DNA of 64,000 nt from Antedon mediterranea. Lineage: Eukaryota; Animalia; Echinodermata. Position 1 is the stretch's first letter. Every line of letters starts with the position of its first letter. Shown here piece after piece: positions 13,701 through 25,458 of this stretch. Below the pieces are notes generated by a model that saw nothing but the letters and a program-made list of their open reading frames with translations, was not told where the DNA came from and did no database searches. The position numbers and the translations under genes were made by a program. The DNA lies in the NCBI RefSeq assembly GCF_964355755.1, contig NC_092674.1, forward strand, positions 18,352,001 through 18,416,000, given 5' to 3'.

Positions 13701-16700
13701 TCATGATTAAAACATTTTCTGGAAGCTGTTGAATTGTAGATACAAATTCATCTACAAATGTTGCGCATCGGATGTTGTGACATCATCATATGGCCAGTTC
13801 AATTATAAAAGTCGTATTTTCATATTTTGTGTCATAGTTCATAGATATTTAAAAGAGCGTGCTTCCATATTCTACGTATCCAAATTTCTTCAACACATTG
13901 ATATGTTGTTGCTCAGATAATTCCCTTACAAAATTGATATCTACATGTTTCATTTTGATGACGTCATAATGTTAAAAATTGGAATAAAAGGCAGGTCCCC
14001 TTATTTTCACCTATTCTGCGCTGTATGTAGTGTACAGTGTATACTGTATATAGAGGGCACACTAACAATTTATTTTCTTCAGGTCACAATGGCATAATCG
14101 TTTTTCTGTGCGCAATATTCTAACGTATGACGGGCATGTGGCGTTTTTGCGGCGAATAACCCAAACTCGTCAAAGTGACGAGTTCAAATCTAGTTATTTA
14201 TTAAGTTTGTTATATATACATTTCTAGGGTATAAGATTGATGTTATTTCTGTATTAAAGACATCCTCCTTCAAATAACACAGTAACTTTTGTAACATTAA
14301 ATTAAAAGGCTCAAAATCACTTTTTAATCAATTTAGAAGTTTTCAGCATTTTCACTTTTTGTATCAAACAACAGTTTATGTAACATAACATAATAAAGTA
14401 CATATTTTCTCTTTTTTTGTCAACAAAGTGCAGAAATATGAGAAATCAAGAAGTTAGTACTTATTGATCATCTCCCCCTTTGTTTTAAATCATATTTTGG
14501 AATTGGAAATAAATTGACTTGTCGATTTTATGGGTCATCCTTGCATCCATTCACTTTGGTTTTATACATTTTTTAATCAATTATTTTAAATGTATTGTGG
14601 AATGGATGCTAAATGAATAAATACATTTGTACAATTAAGTTATTAAAGACATAAAGGCAATATAGAAGGAAAAATCTTCACTTAAACAAAAAACAATGTT
14701 TCAGTTGCTTGAACTGAACAAGAATTCCCTACTGATGAATAAAATGTGATCGATTTCTAGTCTAAAATCATTTTTATGTCTAGTATAATATTCATTTATT
14801 CCAATTGCAACACGCAGTGGTGTTGCGGCTATTAGGGCACAATGGGTAAACCAAGTGGCCCCTCAGCAGTGCAAAAAAAAAGGTTATAAATATAGTAAAG
14901 CAACAAATAGTTTAGGAGAGGCCAAACATTAAAAATAAAAGCAAAATTCATGTCCGATATTGTGCTTATGTCTTCAGTTCTCTACCTTTTACACATGCGG
15001 AAGTTGCTATCAGAATGTTTTGTTTTAGCGTGATGACTGCAAAGTTCCGCTACATCCTTTATATGCAGCCCAGTAACCCCCTACTCGTCTTGAAAGATGT
15101 ACTAGGTTATTTAAAGTGCTCATGAGCTAGATGTGTACAGACGTACGGTTTATAGTCCTTATCCGAGAAGACTTGTTCCACCACCAGAACCATGGAGTGA
15201 GTGAGCCTTGAACCCTTGCCGATGTTATGGCTACGCAATTATGGCTACGCAATTACGGTTCCACTGTCTTAACTGCTCGGCCACTCACTCTGCAACATAT
15301 AACAATAGAAATCTTTGGGTTTCAATACAATACAATTCCTTATTCTGTCCAATATACTTGAAATACATACATTTGATTGGTTCCAGTGTAAATAAATAAT
15401 TAAATATACAATAAATTACAAATACAAAATTGACCATTCAAACTTTGATCACACATTACTGGTCATTAAGCTGACGTGAAAAAACTGTTGTTTTGGTAGA
15501 TATAGATTTATAGTCTAAAATCATTTTTATGTCTAGTATAATATTCATTTATTCCAATTGCAACACGCAGTGGTGTTGCGGCTATTAGGGCACAATGGGT
15601 AAACCAAGTGGCCCCTCAGCAGTGCAAAAAAAAAGGTTATAAATATAGTAAAGCAACAAATAGTTTAGGAGAGGCCGAACATTAAAAATAAAAGCAAAAT
15701 TCATGTCCGATATTGTGTTTATGTCTTCAGTTCTCTACCTTTTACACATGTGGAAGTTGCTATCAGAATGTTTTGTTTTAGCGTGATGACTGCAAAGTTC
15801 CGCTACATCCTTTATATGCAGCCCAGTAACCCCCTACTCGTCTTGAAAGATGTACTAGGTTATTTAAAGTGCTCATGAGCTAGATGTGTACAGACGTACG
15901 GTTTATAGTCCTTATCCGAGAAGACTTGTTCCACCACCAGAACCATGGAGTGAGTGAGCCTTGAACCCTTGCCGATGTTATGGCTACGCAATTACGGTTC
16001 CACTGTCTTAACTGCTCGGCCACTCACTCTGCAACATATAACAATAGAAATCTTTGGGTTTCAATACAATACAATTCCTTATTCTGTCCAATATACTTGA
16101 AATACATACATTTGATTGGTTCCAGTGTAAATAAATAATTAAATATACAATAAATTACAAATACAAAATTGACCATTCAAACTTTGATCACACATTACTG
16201 GTCATTAAGCTGACGGGAAAAAACTGTTGTTTTGGTAGATATAGATTTATAGCGTCAACCGCTCCACATTAATGAGTCAATATTCGCACTAATAGCGTGT
16301 GCCAAGAATTACTGTTGGATTTAGATCAATAGCTGTGTATAGTAGTCTAGTGAGTGCCATTTCAATTTCCAAATATTCAAACAAATTATAAAGTCTTTCT
16401 TCGCACACTCGATGACGAGCATATTTAGAATCACTGTTAGACTCAATATTTGCATAGTAGTGGCATGAAATTGGAAGGTCACTATTAGACAAAAGTCAGA
16501 TAATAATTACGTCAAATATGATTTTTACATGATCTGCATTGATAAGTGTTGATTCAATTTATTTCTCTCATCTACCTTGTGATTCAACAGTCTGCTTTTA
16601 ATACAAACACATTTTTATTTCAGTTTATTACAACGAGTATCCAGGTTCAGGGGCACAAACAGAAGTAAAGGTGATCCAAATGCAGCATCATGGTTCACAA

Positions 16701-19137
16701 GACCAGGTAAATATATTACGAGTATTAACATTTTAAAGGTAAAGCATCAGTGGTTGATTACTTTCTGTAAAGTTAGTATTTGTTTCTTTTTTTAGTGAGT
16801 GCTATAGAAGCACCAAACTATCATCAAATTATTACAAGTCCGATGGATTTTGGAACAATTAGGAGAAAATTAGAGGTATTCATTTTAAAGCAGTTATATC
16901 TGTATTTTGGGTTATGTTGTAATGTTTGGACATTATCATTTACAAATTCATGGGATTCAGGGATATTTATGATAATAACGGCATCCAGTACAAGCATCTT
17001 TTGGAATATTATATAGATTTTCATGTTTTCACATGTTGTAAGGATAACAAAACTGTAAGTCTGTAATAGGAGATACACAGTATACAACAATTTTCCTACC
17101 TTATAAAATAGTACAAGTGTAGCTCCAAATAAAGAGACACATTTTAAAAATTTGATGTTTCCAAATCTTTGATCATTTTCAGAGTATTATATACTGTACA
17201 ACTTGATATGTGACATTTGTAAATTGAATAATTTGTAAACAGTGAGTGGTACAAATCAACTTTCTATTTAATAATTATTATTGTGGCATTTTAAAAATCA
17301 AAAGAGTTTGTACATTTTTTCCCCTGTATTATGAATGGGCAGCTTCAAGTTTATGATAACCTTGGCAGTTTTCATAGTGATATGCTTCAAGTTAAAAGCA
17401 ACTGTTCCTTATACAATCCACCAGAGCATCAAGTAAGAATTGACTGTGAGCAAGTATTTCAGTTCTACACAGATGAATATACAAAAGTTGTTGATAAATT
17501 GCAAAAGGTATAGTTTATTTTATGAAATTGTCTTATACAGTTGAAACTCTTTGAGAGGCCACCTCTCGTAAGCGCATCCACCTCCCGTAATCGGCCACCT
17601 CCCTTAATAGCTATGCATTATATAGCATGTTTGTTTTTCCAATCTATTTGGGCAATTGGTACCTCCTGTAAGTGGCCGCTGCCACTTTTGTAAATAAAAT
17701 ATTATTAGTCTTTTTATATGGTACATTAGTGGCCACCTGAAAAGTTTGTAGACAAAATTATTACTGATTTCATTTCATATACAACTACAGCACATTGTGT
17801 GCAATATATGTACCATCAATTCTGCTCTACATGACGTTACTCATCCTGAAATTGGCATCTGGAGATATGTTGATGATTTATCAATTATGGTAAACACAAA
17901 ACAAAACATATGCAAGATTGTGTAACAAACCTCTATAAAGTATAATTGGAGCAATTCAAACAATTTAAAATTAAATTTAAACAAATGTCACGTTATACAA
18001 GTCTATTTTGTCAAGACTCATCTTCAACTTCCTGAAATTGTTATCGGTAATCATTACTTAGAGAGTTTAAATGTTAAACTTCAAGTAAAATCAAACAAAT
18101 TAAAAAATAAGATGTATGATATGGTTTTAATATATAAAAGGTACTTGTGTATGTCCCCTTTGGAACACTTAACTGAAGATAATAGCAGTAATTTAAAAAT
18201 CTAAAAAAGAGTGTGTAAAGGCATCTTTAGGCAATGCTTACAATCATTTCTTATTCAGATTTTTTAACCTCTCAAGCAGCCACTTTTCCCAGTCCCGAGG
18301 ATGTCCACTTACAGGAGATTCAACTTTATATTGAACTATTTAATTTAATATTTCATCACTATCTTCCTCCTTGACTTTAACATAAATATATATAATTATG
18401 CAAATTACAGGTGTACTGTAATTGGTGTACTGTACTTGATTTGTTTGGAATTTCTTGGAATTACCTTTTAACACTACATGTGTATGAGAAATCTTCAATT
18501 TTCACTACCCACCCCAATTCCCCAGCAGAGATCATCATAATTTTATATAATTAATAATATTTAAAGCATCTTTGCCTCGTTTGTTTTTAATCTCTCACTA
18601 TGGCCTTGCGCTTGTAGCACATTTTAATATGTTCCCACTCCTATTCGCTGACTGGCTTGATTACATATAAACAGAAACAGGTTCCAACAAATAAATTTAG
18701 CTTTTTTAGCAATTAGTATAAGCCTTTTAATATAATGTCACTCGTTCATGGAGATACCTTCTACAAGGACTGTTAATGCTATAAATACAAGATATTGTGG
18801 ATAGTAAACGTCATCTGGTGTACTATGATCACAGTTACATTAGGCTTGACTATAGTATATGTCTTATTTCTTCTTATTACTACTAGAAGTGGTTATCTCT
18901 CAAACTTTGTTCATATCTGTGTACATCTGGCAAGTGTATGTTTTGGTAGTTGAATCACAGTCCACTTTGAATGATATAGTAATATTTTTCAATGTACTGT
19001 TCCTTTCTTGTACTTTAAATTGTATTTAATTCTTTTAAAAATTGTATTTTGTTTTGCAGAATTTGTCTCCCAATTCACCTAAACCTTTATGTCTAGATTC
19101 TGAAGAGTCCATTCACGCAAAGGTATTGAAGTTTTAA
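1727..19137 (+). CDS. Multi-exon gene: ~850-aa Ser/Thr-rich low-complexity protein with a single C-terminal bromodomain
   Basis: Phase-compatible GT-AG exons: 1726-1844 (ATG 1727), 2138-2281, 2424-2567, 4845-4997, 6541-6671, 6756-6965, 7167-7335, 9418-9570, 9727-9858, 10731-11221, 11318-11474, 12596-12749, 16624-16706, 16796-16875, 17343-17507, 19060-19122 (or read-through to TAA ending 19137). The spliced frame is open throughout. NLS-like SKRKRK in exon 12596-12749. The first exon starts at an acceptor, so upstream exons may exist; the terminal exon is uncertain. Confidence 0.85.
2770..3525. repeat. Degenerate local tandem repeat (~3-4 imperfect copies, ~270-290 bp spacing)
   Basis: aaatacaaagc..taatc..gattcccca recurs near 2805, 3078, 3368 (partial 3495); gctcgagtgggagt-like near 2916, 3213, 3442. 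Confidence 0.6.
7385..7456 (+). mobile_element. Helentron-associated (HINE/DINE-1-like) 3' remnant
   Basis: (ccga/ccaa) microsatellite-like run, then hairpin agtcgtgt-cgc-acgcgact and an A-run. Confidence 0.45.
7500..9050 (-). mobile_element. Degenerate RTE-clade LINE fragment in an intron of the bromodomain gene
   Basis: Minus-strand pieces GSDGIPVEIYK, SQCGFRPDRE..IFATRQIQEKCR, TGVKQGCVIAP, FGLKLKTKKTE and GKRSKGRQRKRYKD are typical of RTE/BovB-like ORF2; many indels. Confidence 0.85.
11566..12535. mobile_element. Non-autonomous TIR element with 9-bp TSD (Mutator/MULE-like MITE)
   Basis: ~55-bp imperfect TIRs (ggctacgtctacgcctagttgtagatgcaatctcc... vs reverse complement ending 12529); exact direct repeat ttaattctt at 11557-11565 and 12536-12544. 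Confidence 0.75.
12760..14193 (+). mobile_element. Non-autonomous Helitron-like element
   Basis: 3' hairpin aactcgtca-aag-tgacgagtt (14164-14184) then CTAG-T (14190-14194). Internal tgacgtcatca-rich segments resemble ~5090-5700, ~21860-22450 and (reversed) ~38855-39400. 5' boundary approximate. Confidence 0.65.
15110..15290 (-). mobile_element. tRNA-derived SINE (Deu/Nin-domain-like), copy 1
   Basis: Minus strand: A-box-like TGGCCGAGCAGTTAAG, B-box-like GGTTCAAGGC, then ctcggataaggactataaaccg resembling the conserved Deu/Nin SINE core. Confidence 0.7.
15863..16029 (-). mobile_element. tRNA-derived SINE, copy 2 (from the tandem duplication)
   Basis: Same A box, B box and core as the copy at 15110-15290. 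Confidence 0.7.
16624..17507 (+). CDS. Bromodomain-encoding exons (16624-16706, 16796-16875, 17343-17507)
   Basis: Spliced sequence ASWFTRPVSAIEAPNYHQIITSPMDFGTIRRKLELQVYDNLGSFHSDMLQVKSNCSLYNPPEHQV has the bromodomain signatures F..PV, APxY, PMDxxTI and NCxxYN (acetyl-lysine-anchoring Asn retained). Confidence 0.92.
17538..18326. mobile_element. Tc1/mariner-pogo-type MITE (TA TSD)
   Basis: ta|cagttgaaactc... left end and ...ggagattcaactt|ta right end; repeated ggccacct subterminal motifs. Confidence 0.65.
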
Positions 19138-20896
19138 ATTAAATTGGTTTTCATTAGTCTGAACCTAGTATTGGAATGAATGTCATCGAATACACGGATT
19201 TTAACCAATCATATGAAATCTTTGGCAGAAAGCTAATTTTTGTTCTGCTGTTTTATAAAACAATGTGATGCTTATTGAAGTGGAATACAAAATTAATTTT
19301 GGCTAATTTACCGAATAAGCAGGTAAATAGTATTTGTAGCCGGCATACTACTGCTGATAAGATGCTACGGTCGAAGAAGATTCTTATTGGCGCATCGTTG
19401 GAACAAAAGGGTGCCTTATATTTGTTTGAGACCCAATGAAAAAAAAAAAACTATGATACTATAAACTGGTTTATAGGTCATACATTTTGGCATAGGTCTA
19501 GCCCATATGACGATTTGTTGGCTATTCTGTATGTAGCCAGCAGGCACATTTCTTTAAATACTACTAGCCTAGGCTAGGCCAAGATCATCTCCTAAAATAG
19601 CTAATAATACCGCTGCTTCCAGTGTATTTTCAATTGCCAAGCAGAAAAGTTTGTTTACACAAATACTAATTTAGTTTACACAATGCACATATGATGCTTT
19701 CCTGGGACATTCGCCATGGGTGTTGTGTGTGTGGATGTCGACAACTCTATCTCCCTCATTTTTTTTCTGGCTCCAACCAACAATGGTTACAACCAAGGAA
19801 GTGGGTTCTTTTTTAGAAAAAAAAAGAACCCCCTGTAAAAATGCTGGCGACGGGCTTGATTCTAGTGTTTTTATTTAGAATAAAATTTTCTTTGTATAAA
19901 AAATAGTAAAATCTTCTACTACTGTATATTTTCACCTTTGTTGTATTTGAGTTGTTTAGATTTAATTGAAATCAACTTATGACCTAAGTCCAAGTTAAGA
20001 AACAATAATCATATAATTGCAGACGAATTGATTTTTTAAAGCTTACAATTAGGAAAATGTACAGTTGATTTTTTAGATTAATTTATTGTTTACTTTTAAA
20101 ACAAAAATAATGCATTTACACTTTCTTTAAATGCCTCTTTCTGTGATGTACTCCACTACGAAACAATTTACTGTATTTTTGTATCTGGTTAGAAGTACTG
20201 TATATGAAATGTTGATATATTGTTGATATAGCTTGTCTAATAATATTATTATTATACGTAATATTCATTTATGTTATGACAAAGTTTTAATTAAATCTCC
20301 TGGAGAGACCAGATATCAAGTAAAATATTCTCCCTCTCGATCAAGAAACATGAACAAATCAATGAATGCACAGAAAAGTTGAAGATCTGATTGTTATCAA
20401 TATGCATAGAATATTAAAGGACGCATTAGGGATGTACATATGATTTCAGAACAATTGCCGTGCACTCATGCCATACATTGCTGTGACGTCATGTGTGCAT
20501 AGGAAAATCTACCTCACTGTTGTTAACATCATTTCAATTGTTAATTTGACCTGTATGTAGGCTTAAATTTGCCAAAATGTTTAGTATTTTATTTGAAGAA
20601 ACCCTTCAATATCCAGATAGGCAAAAGAAACGATTTATTTAGAAAGTGTGTTTACTAGCAATTTTTTCACACTTTGCGAGACTTCCTAATGATCCGAAAG
20701 AGTAGCTAGAAAGTACGATACTCTGGAATCATTCAACCATATCACACTAAAATCTTTTTTAATACAATCAAGACTTTTGGTGAACGATAGTATATACCTA
20801 GTAGTAACTCTTGTACTAAATGACGATGGTGAGTAATTTATAAAAGTTCAAGAATTTATGGCATTCATAATCGACGGCCAAAATAATCGGACCGAC

Positions 20897-21635
20897 TCAA
20901 TCAATCAAATCAAATCAAATCAAATCTTTATTCGTTCCATACTAAATTGTACATGGAAAAATTGTTTTCCTCGACAGAAAAATATGTTAAAACATTCATA
21001 ATTACATGATACATAGAACAAATTTACAATTTAAAAACATTAATTAAAACATCCATCAACAGTAAAACTTTAAAATATATATTGCATGTGCGCTATTATG
21101 ATCTAACAATCTTTGAGTTAAAAATATGAGTTGAATTTGGTACAAAAGACAGTCGGTTTCTTGACGTATCAGCTCTAGGAGCCCGTAACCGGCCTGACTT
21201 GTTCTTATAAAATCTCATATGTAATGGATGTTTCTTATCGTCTAAAATTTTACTTAATTTACTTAGGACCTGTTTTTCATAAAGATATTTTAAATCATTA
21301 ACCGTACAACCAATTATATTTGATGCTATCTTAGTAATTCTAATGAGACCTTTCTTGTGTGTTTCATTTAAATTACCAAACCAAGCAATAAAAGAGATAA
21401 CTAGTACTGATTGAATAACTGTTTCATAGAATAATTTTAAAGTACCACAGCTAACATTAAATTTATTTAGCTTTCTTAGGAAATATAACCTTTGGTGACC
21501 TTTCTTAATTATCTTGGCCGTATTTTTTCCAAAACTAAGTTGATCATCAATATGTGTACCAAGATATTTGGTTTCATGAACACGTTCAATTGTCTGATCA
21601 TTAATTATCAGATAACTTTTTTCATTTTTCATTCT
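20897..21635 (-). mobile_element. 5'-truncated Rex1/Babar-like LINE 3' end
   Basis: ORF 21096..21632: KYLGTHID, QRLYFLRKL, FYETVIQSVL, HPLH, SFVP; AATAAA plus (atttg)n/(attg)n tail on the minus strand at ~20897-20932. Confidence 0.85.
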
Positions 21636-22914
21636 AGATGCCTAGCTAGTAGTAGCTAGGCTAGGCATAGGCCAGCCGTAGGCATATAAATTAGGCTAAA
21701 GAATCGCCACACACCGATGACGTGTCGCGTATCACACATCAGGAAAGAAAAAGTTTTGATTGCAATATGGTCGAGTGATTCCATCGCATCATCACATACG
21801 TCATACTGTACTTCTAGCAGTGCAGACAGAAAAAATTCCAAATAATTCTTCAGAATGCACGATGACCCCCAATTTTTTTAATATATTATGGAAACCATTG
21901 AGTTATAGATATGAATTCATGTACACATTTGACGTACAAAGTGTTGTGACATCATCAAATGAATTTTAAAATTAGGTATTTTTTCTCTTTCGTCACACAT
22001 TCAACAGAGCGCATCTTGTTTATTTGGACTCGCTTTTCCTCAAACTTTAATATGTTCTTTCTTTCTCATGAGTTGCCACCATTTTCATTTTGATGACGTC
22101 ATCACGTACAAAAACTTGAATAACGTACGTCGTGTAATTTCACCTACACCATATATTTGAATATCTTATGAAAGCTGATGAAATGTAGATATGAATTAAT
22201 ATAATCTGATGCCGTGATGTTATCGAATATGGCCAGTTGAAGTTAAAAAGTAGTTTTTTCATTTCTTTAGTCAAAGTTATACAATTTTAAAAGAGCGTGC
22301 ATCGCGCTTCTATGTGCCAAATTTTCTTCCAAATCTTATATTTATTTGCTCAATTCATTATCTTTCTAAATTGTCATCTTCAAGTTTATTTTGATGTCGT
22401 CATACCAAAAAAAATTAGAACATGATGCGTGTCCCGAAAATTCATCCATGTTGCACTGTATATAGATATACAGTATTATACTGTATATATTCTGTATGGC
22501 ATATAATAGGCACAACTCAGCACTATTATACAGATATTGACTGCTTAGAGGTGACATCCCCGAGGGAATATATCTTTTCTCGAGAACATAATATCATTCC
22601 CAAGGGGTTGTCAAATCTTATATTTTACCGATATAAAAGCCGATATCTGTTATATTACATAGCCAACAACAAGTTGAATATCTACTGCTGGGTCGGGTCC
22701 TTTGTAATAAGCCTGCCTAGGCTAGTTAGGCGTTGCATTCACCTTACCTTGCGAAGAATAATATAATTAATGATTCCTTGGCAATAATATATTCACTTAG
22801 GCTTAGCCTTGAGTATTAACCAATCACAAACAGTCTTTCATCACATCTAGGGAGGACTAATAACATATGTATGCATAGTTTATATAGTTTAGTTGATTAA
22901 TTTCTTCAAGCATT

Positions 22915-25458
22915 CATATCAAAAAATGCATAGTTATATAGTTATTTAACAATAAAACAAGTCACGTGACCAATAAAGATCAAAAGGTCAACATTTTAAT
23001 TTTCTCAAATACTTTACTCTGTTTGATATCGTACGATAGCTTTTTTTATTCTGAATACATTTTTACTATTATATATTTTCGATTTTCCTTTGTTTATTGT
23101 CATAATTTCTGGTTATATAACAATTTCAGTTTGTGAAAATATTTTAGTGTAAGTTAAGTTTAACTATCAAGATCCTCGATATGGCCGGTTTTCGCATTGC
23201 AAGTAAAAAATAAGATCAAACAACCATTGCTTTGCAGGTAAATTAGTTGTGACTCAAACTTGTTGTTTGATTTTAGTACATTTTCTTCGAGCAAGTTCAT
23301 ACAACTACTACAACAGAAACGTAACTTTGGAAAGTAATCTAGATTTGTCTTATCTGCTAGTTAATGTAGTTTTATTTATAACTATATCCAGTGGAGTAGT
23401 GTCTATGTTGTTTTTTCAAACATGGTTTTCTGCCAATAGCATGATTGCATGTTGTAAGCCTATATATATATATATAAAGTAAATCGATAAAAAAATTGTT
23501 GCTTATTTAAATTAATTTATGTACACATTATATTATTATTGCATATTTGTGTGACCATGAAGGCAGGATAGAAAACAGTTCATCTATACTGTGTATAATT
23601 AGTCGAATAATCTTCCCCCGTTTCAAATGATAACATAACGTTTGTAAAACTCTAAAACTTTAGGGTAAATGAAGAAATACTTTTACTCTTCTACAAAGCC
23701 GTTATACAAAGTGTTCTAATGTTTAACTTAACTTGCTACTGTGGTAACACGTATGAATACAATAAAAAACAATTTGAACGCATAGTTAAAAGAGCTAAGA
23801 AATGCATAAATGGAGATAATAATCTGCCTAGTGTTATGGAAATGTATGATAATCGAATGGAACAGAAAAGAATTGCAATTATGAACGACGATACTCATCC
23901 ACTCGGTACATCCTTCATGCTTAATCGTACTGGATGTAGACTTAGAGTACCATCAAGGTTATGGACAGCACAGTACCGACTGTCGTTTGTCCCACAATGC
24001 ACAAATATAATGACGACAAACACAAATAATTGTATTTTCGAACACCGGGAACACCTGATAGCATTTATCCTTATTTTTTGTATTTTGTAAATCCTGTATT
24101 GCATCTTATCTGTACATATTTTACTGTTCTGTGTATTTTTCTTTGTGTTTTAACATTTTACTGATTTTATTCTATTTTTATATTAAGTTGCCATGAGAAA
24201 AACCAATTTCAAATCTTTCGTTGATAACTATTTGACAATAAAGTTATCTTGTATCTTGTATAATTTATTGAATATACAATTAAATCGGTGGCATATTCTC
24301 ATACTCACAAGAAACATACTCACGAGAACAATAAAATAATAATAATTCAAAACGTACCGATGACTGAAAAGCCGATTCCATCCCCTACCGGTGTGTGGTC
24401 GAAGCCAGGCGCACTTCACTCTTTAAAAAAAAAACCACTGCATTTTTGATAAATATAACTGAGAAATGCAGTAAAAATAACAAAATTAAAATACAAATTT
24501 ATAAAAGGGAATCCAATAACCGCTTTTATAATTTGTCTGTAGTTGTAGAGTGTTAAAAGATTTTGTTCTTCCTCTAACTAATTTGAATATTGCTGGAAAG
24601 CGGATATTGTTTTCCTTCTTTCCGATAAGTTCTTAAAGTTAAGTTACCACAAACAAGTATAGTTTGATCAATTATTCTATGTGACTTTTAATAATAAAAA
24701 CGTATAGTTATAGGATTTATAATCAGAAACCATACGTAAAAATCAAAGGGAACTTTTTGACATTAAAAACACCGTAATTCGTTTCTTTACAATATCGATT
24801 GGTAGTTTGTAAAGGTAGTAAAGGCAGCAGTAGGACAATGACTTTTCTTTATTTCGTGTAAAACTTTATTTCGTGTAAAACTTTATTTGAGGAAAACTAA
24901 TTGATTTTAAGATTTTTTCACTGTATAATAATATCAAATGCAAACATTCTGTTTGCTGCACTTCATCTGACGTGCAAAGAGAAAGGCATGCCAATTAATA
25001 TTTGCATTGTGCACAGATATGGCTTTATATTGTGTGGTACCCGCTTTGACAAAATAACACTGTTATACAAATGATTTTGAACGCTACACAAATGATACCA
25101 TGACCCGTAGCATTTTCTTTTTACGAAAAACAGAAATTTAGACTACTAAAAATAAAATAGATTCATAATTTAAAAAGCTATCCAACGAAACAAAACAAAG
25201 CTGTGATTTGACAACAGTTTATTTCCCCTTTCACGGACTATAGTTATTTTGATTTTAAATAACTTGGAAACTTGACATTGAAGTTAAGTGTAATCCAGTA
25301 CTGTACTTTATTCATTAATAAAACTGTATTCAGAATAAAAAAATCTATCCAACGATACCAAACAGTACAGTATTTGGTGAAATTGCATGTTGACCTTTAT
25401 TGGTCACGTGATTTGTTTTATTGCGCAATTACTATGTAACTATGCGTTTATTGATATG
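22915..25458. repeat. ~150-bp inverted repeat pair (22915-~23070 / ~25316-25458), probably arms of an old TIR element
   Basis: catatcaa..gcatagtta.atagt..caataaaacaa.tcacgtgaccaataaag..ttttttattctgaataca matches its reverse complement about 2.4 kb downstream. Confidence 0.7.
23640..24262 (+). mobile_element. 5'-truncated Rex1/Babar-like LINE 3' end
   Basis: FYKAVIQSVLMFNLTCYCGN..HPL..YRLSFVP (ORF 23719..24090 and upstream); aataaag plus (tatcttg)n tail near 24237-24260. Confidence 0.75.

Larger units (their letters stand above)
14758..16252. repeat. Recent ~750-bp direct tandem duplication (14758-15510 / 15511-16252)
   Basis: Both copies start tagtctaaaatcatttttatgtctag and are nearly identical; copy 1 has an extra tatggctacgcaat repeat; gattt(c/a)tag microhomology at the junctions. 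Confidence 0.95.

Noticed and set aside
15180-15290. tRNA gene
   Set aside because: A and B boxes are present but there is no convincing cloverleaf or terminator, and it continues into a SINE core
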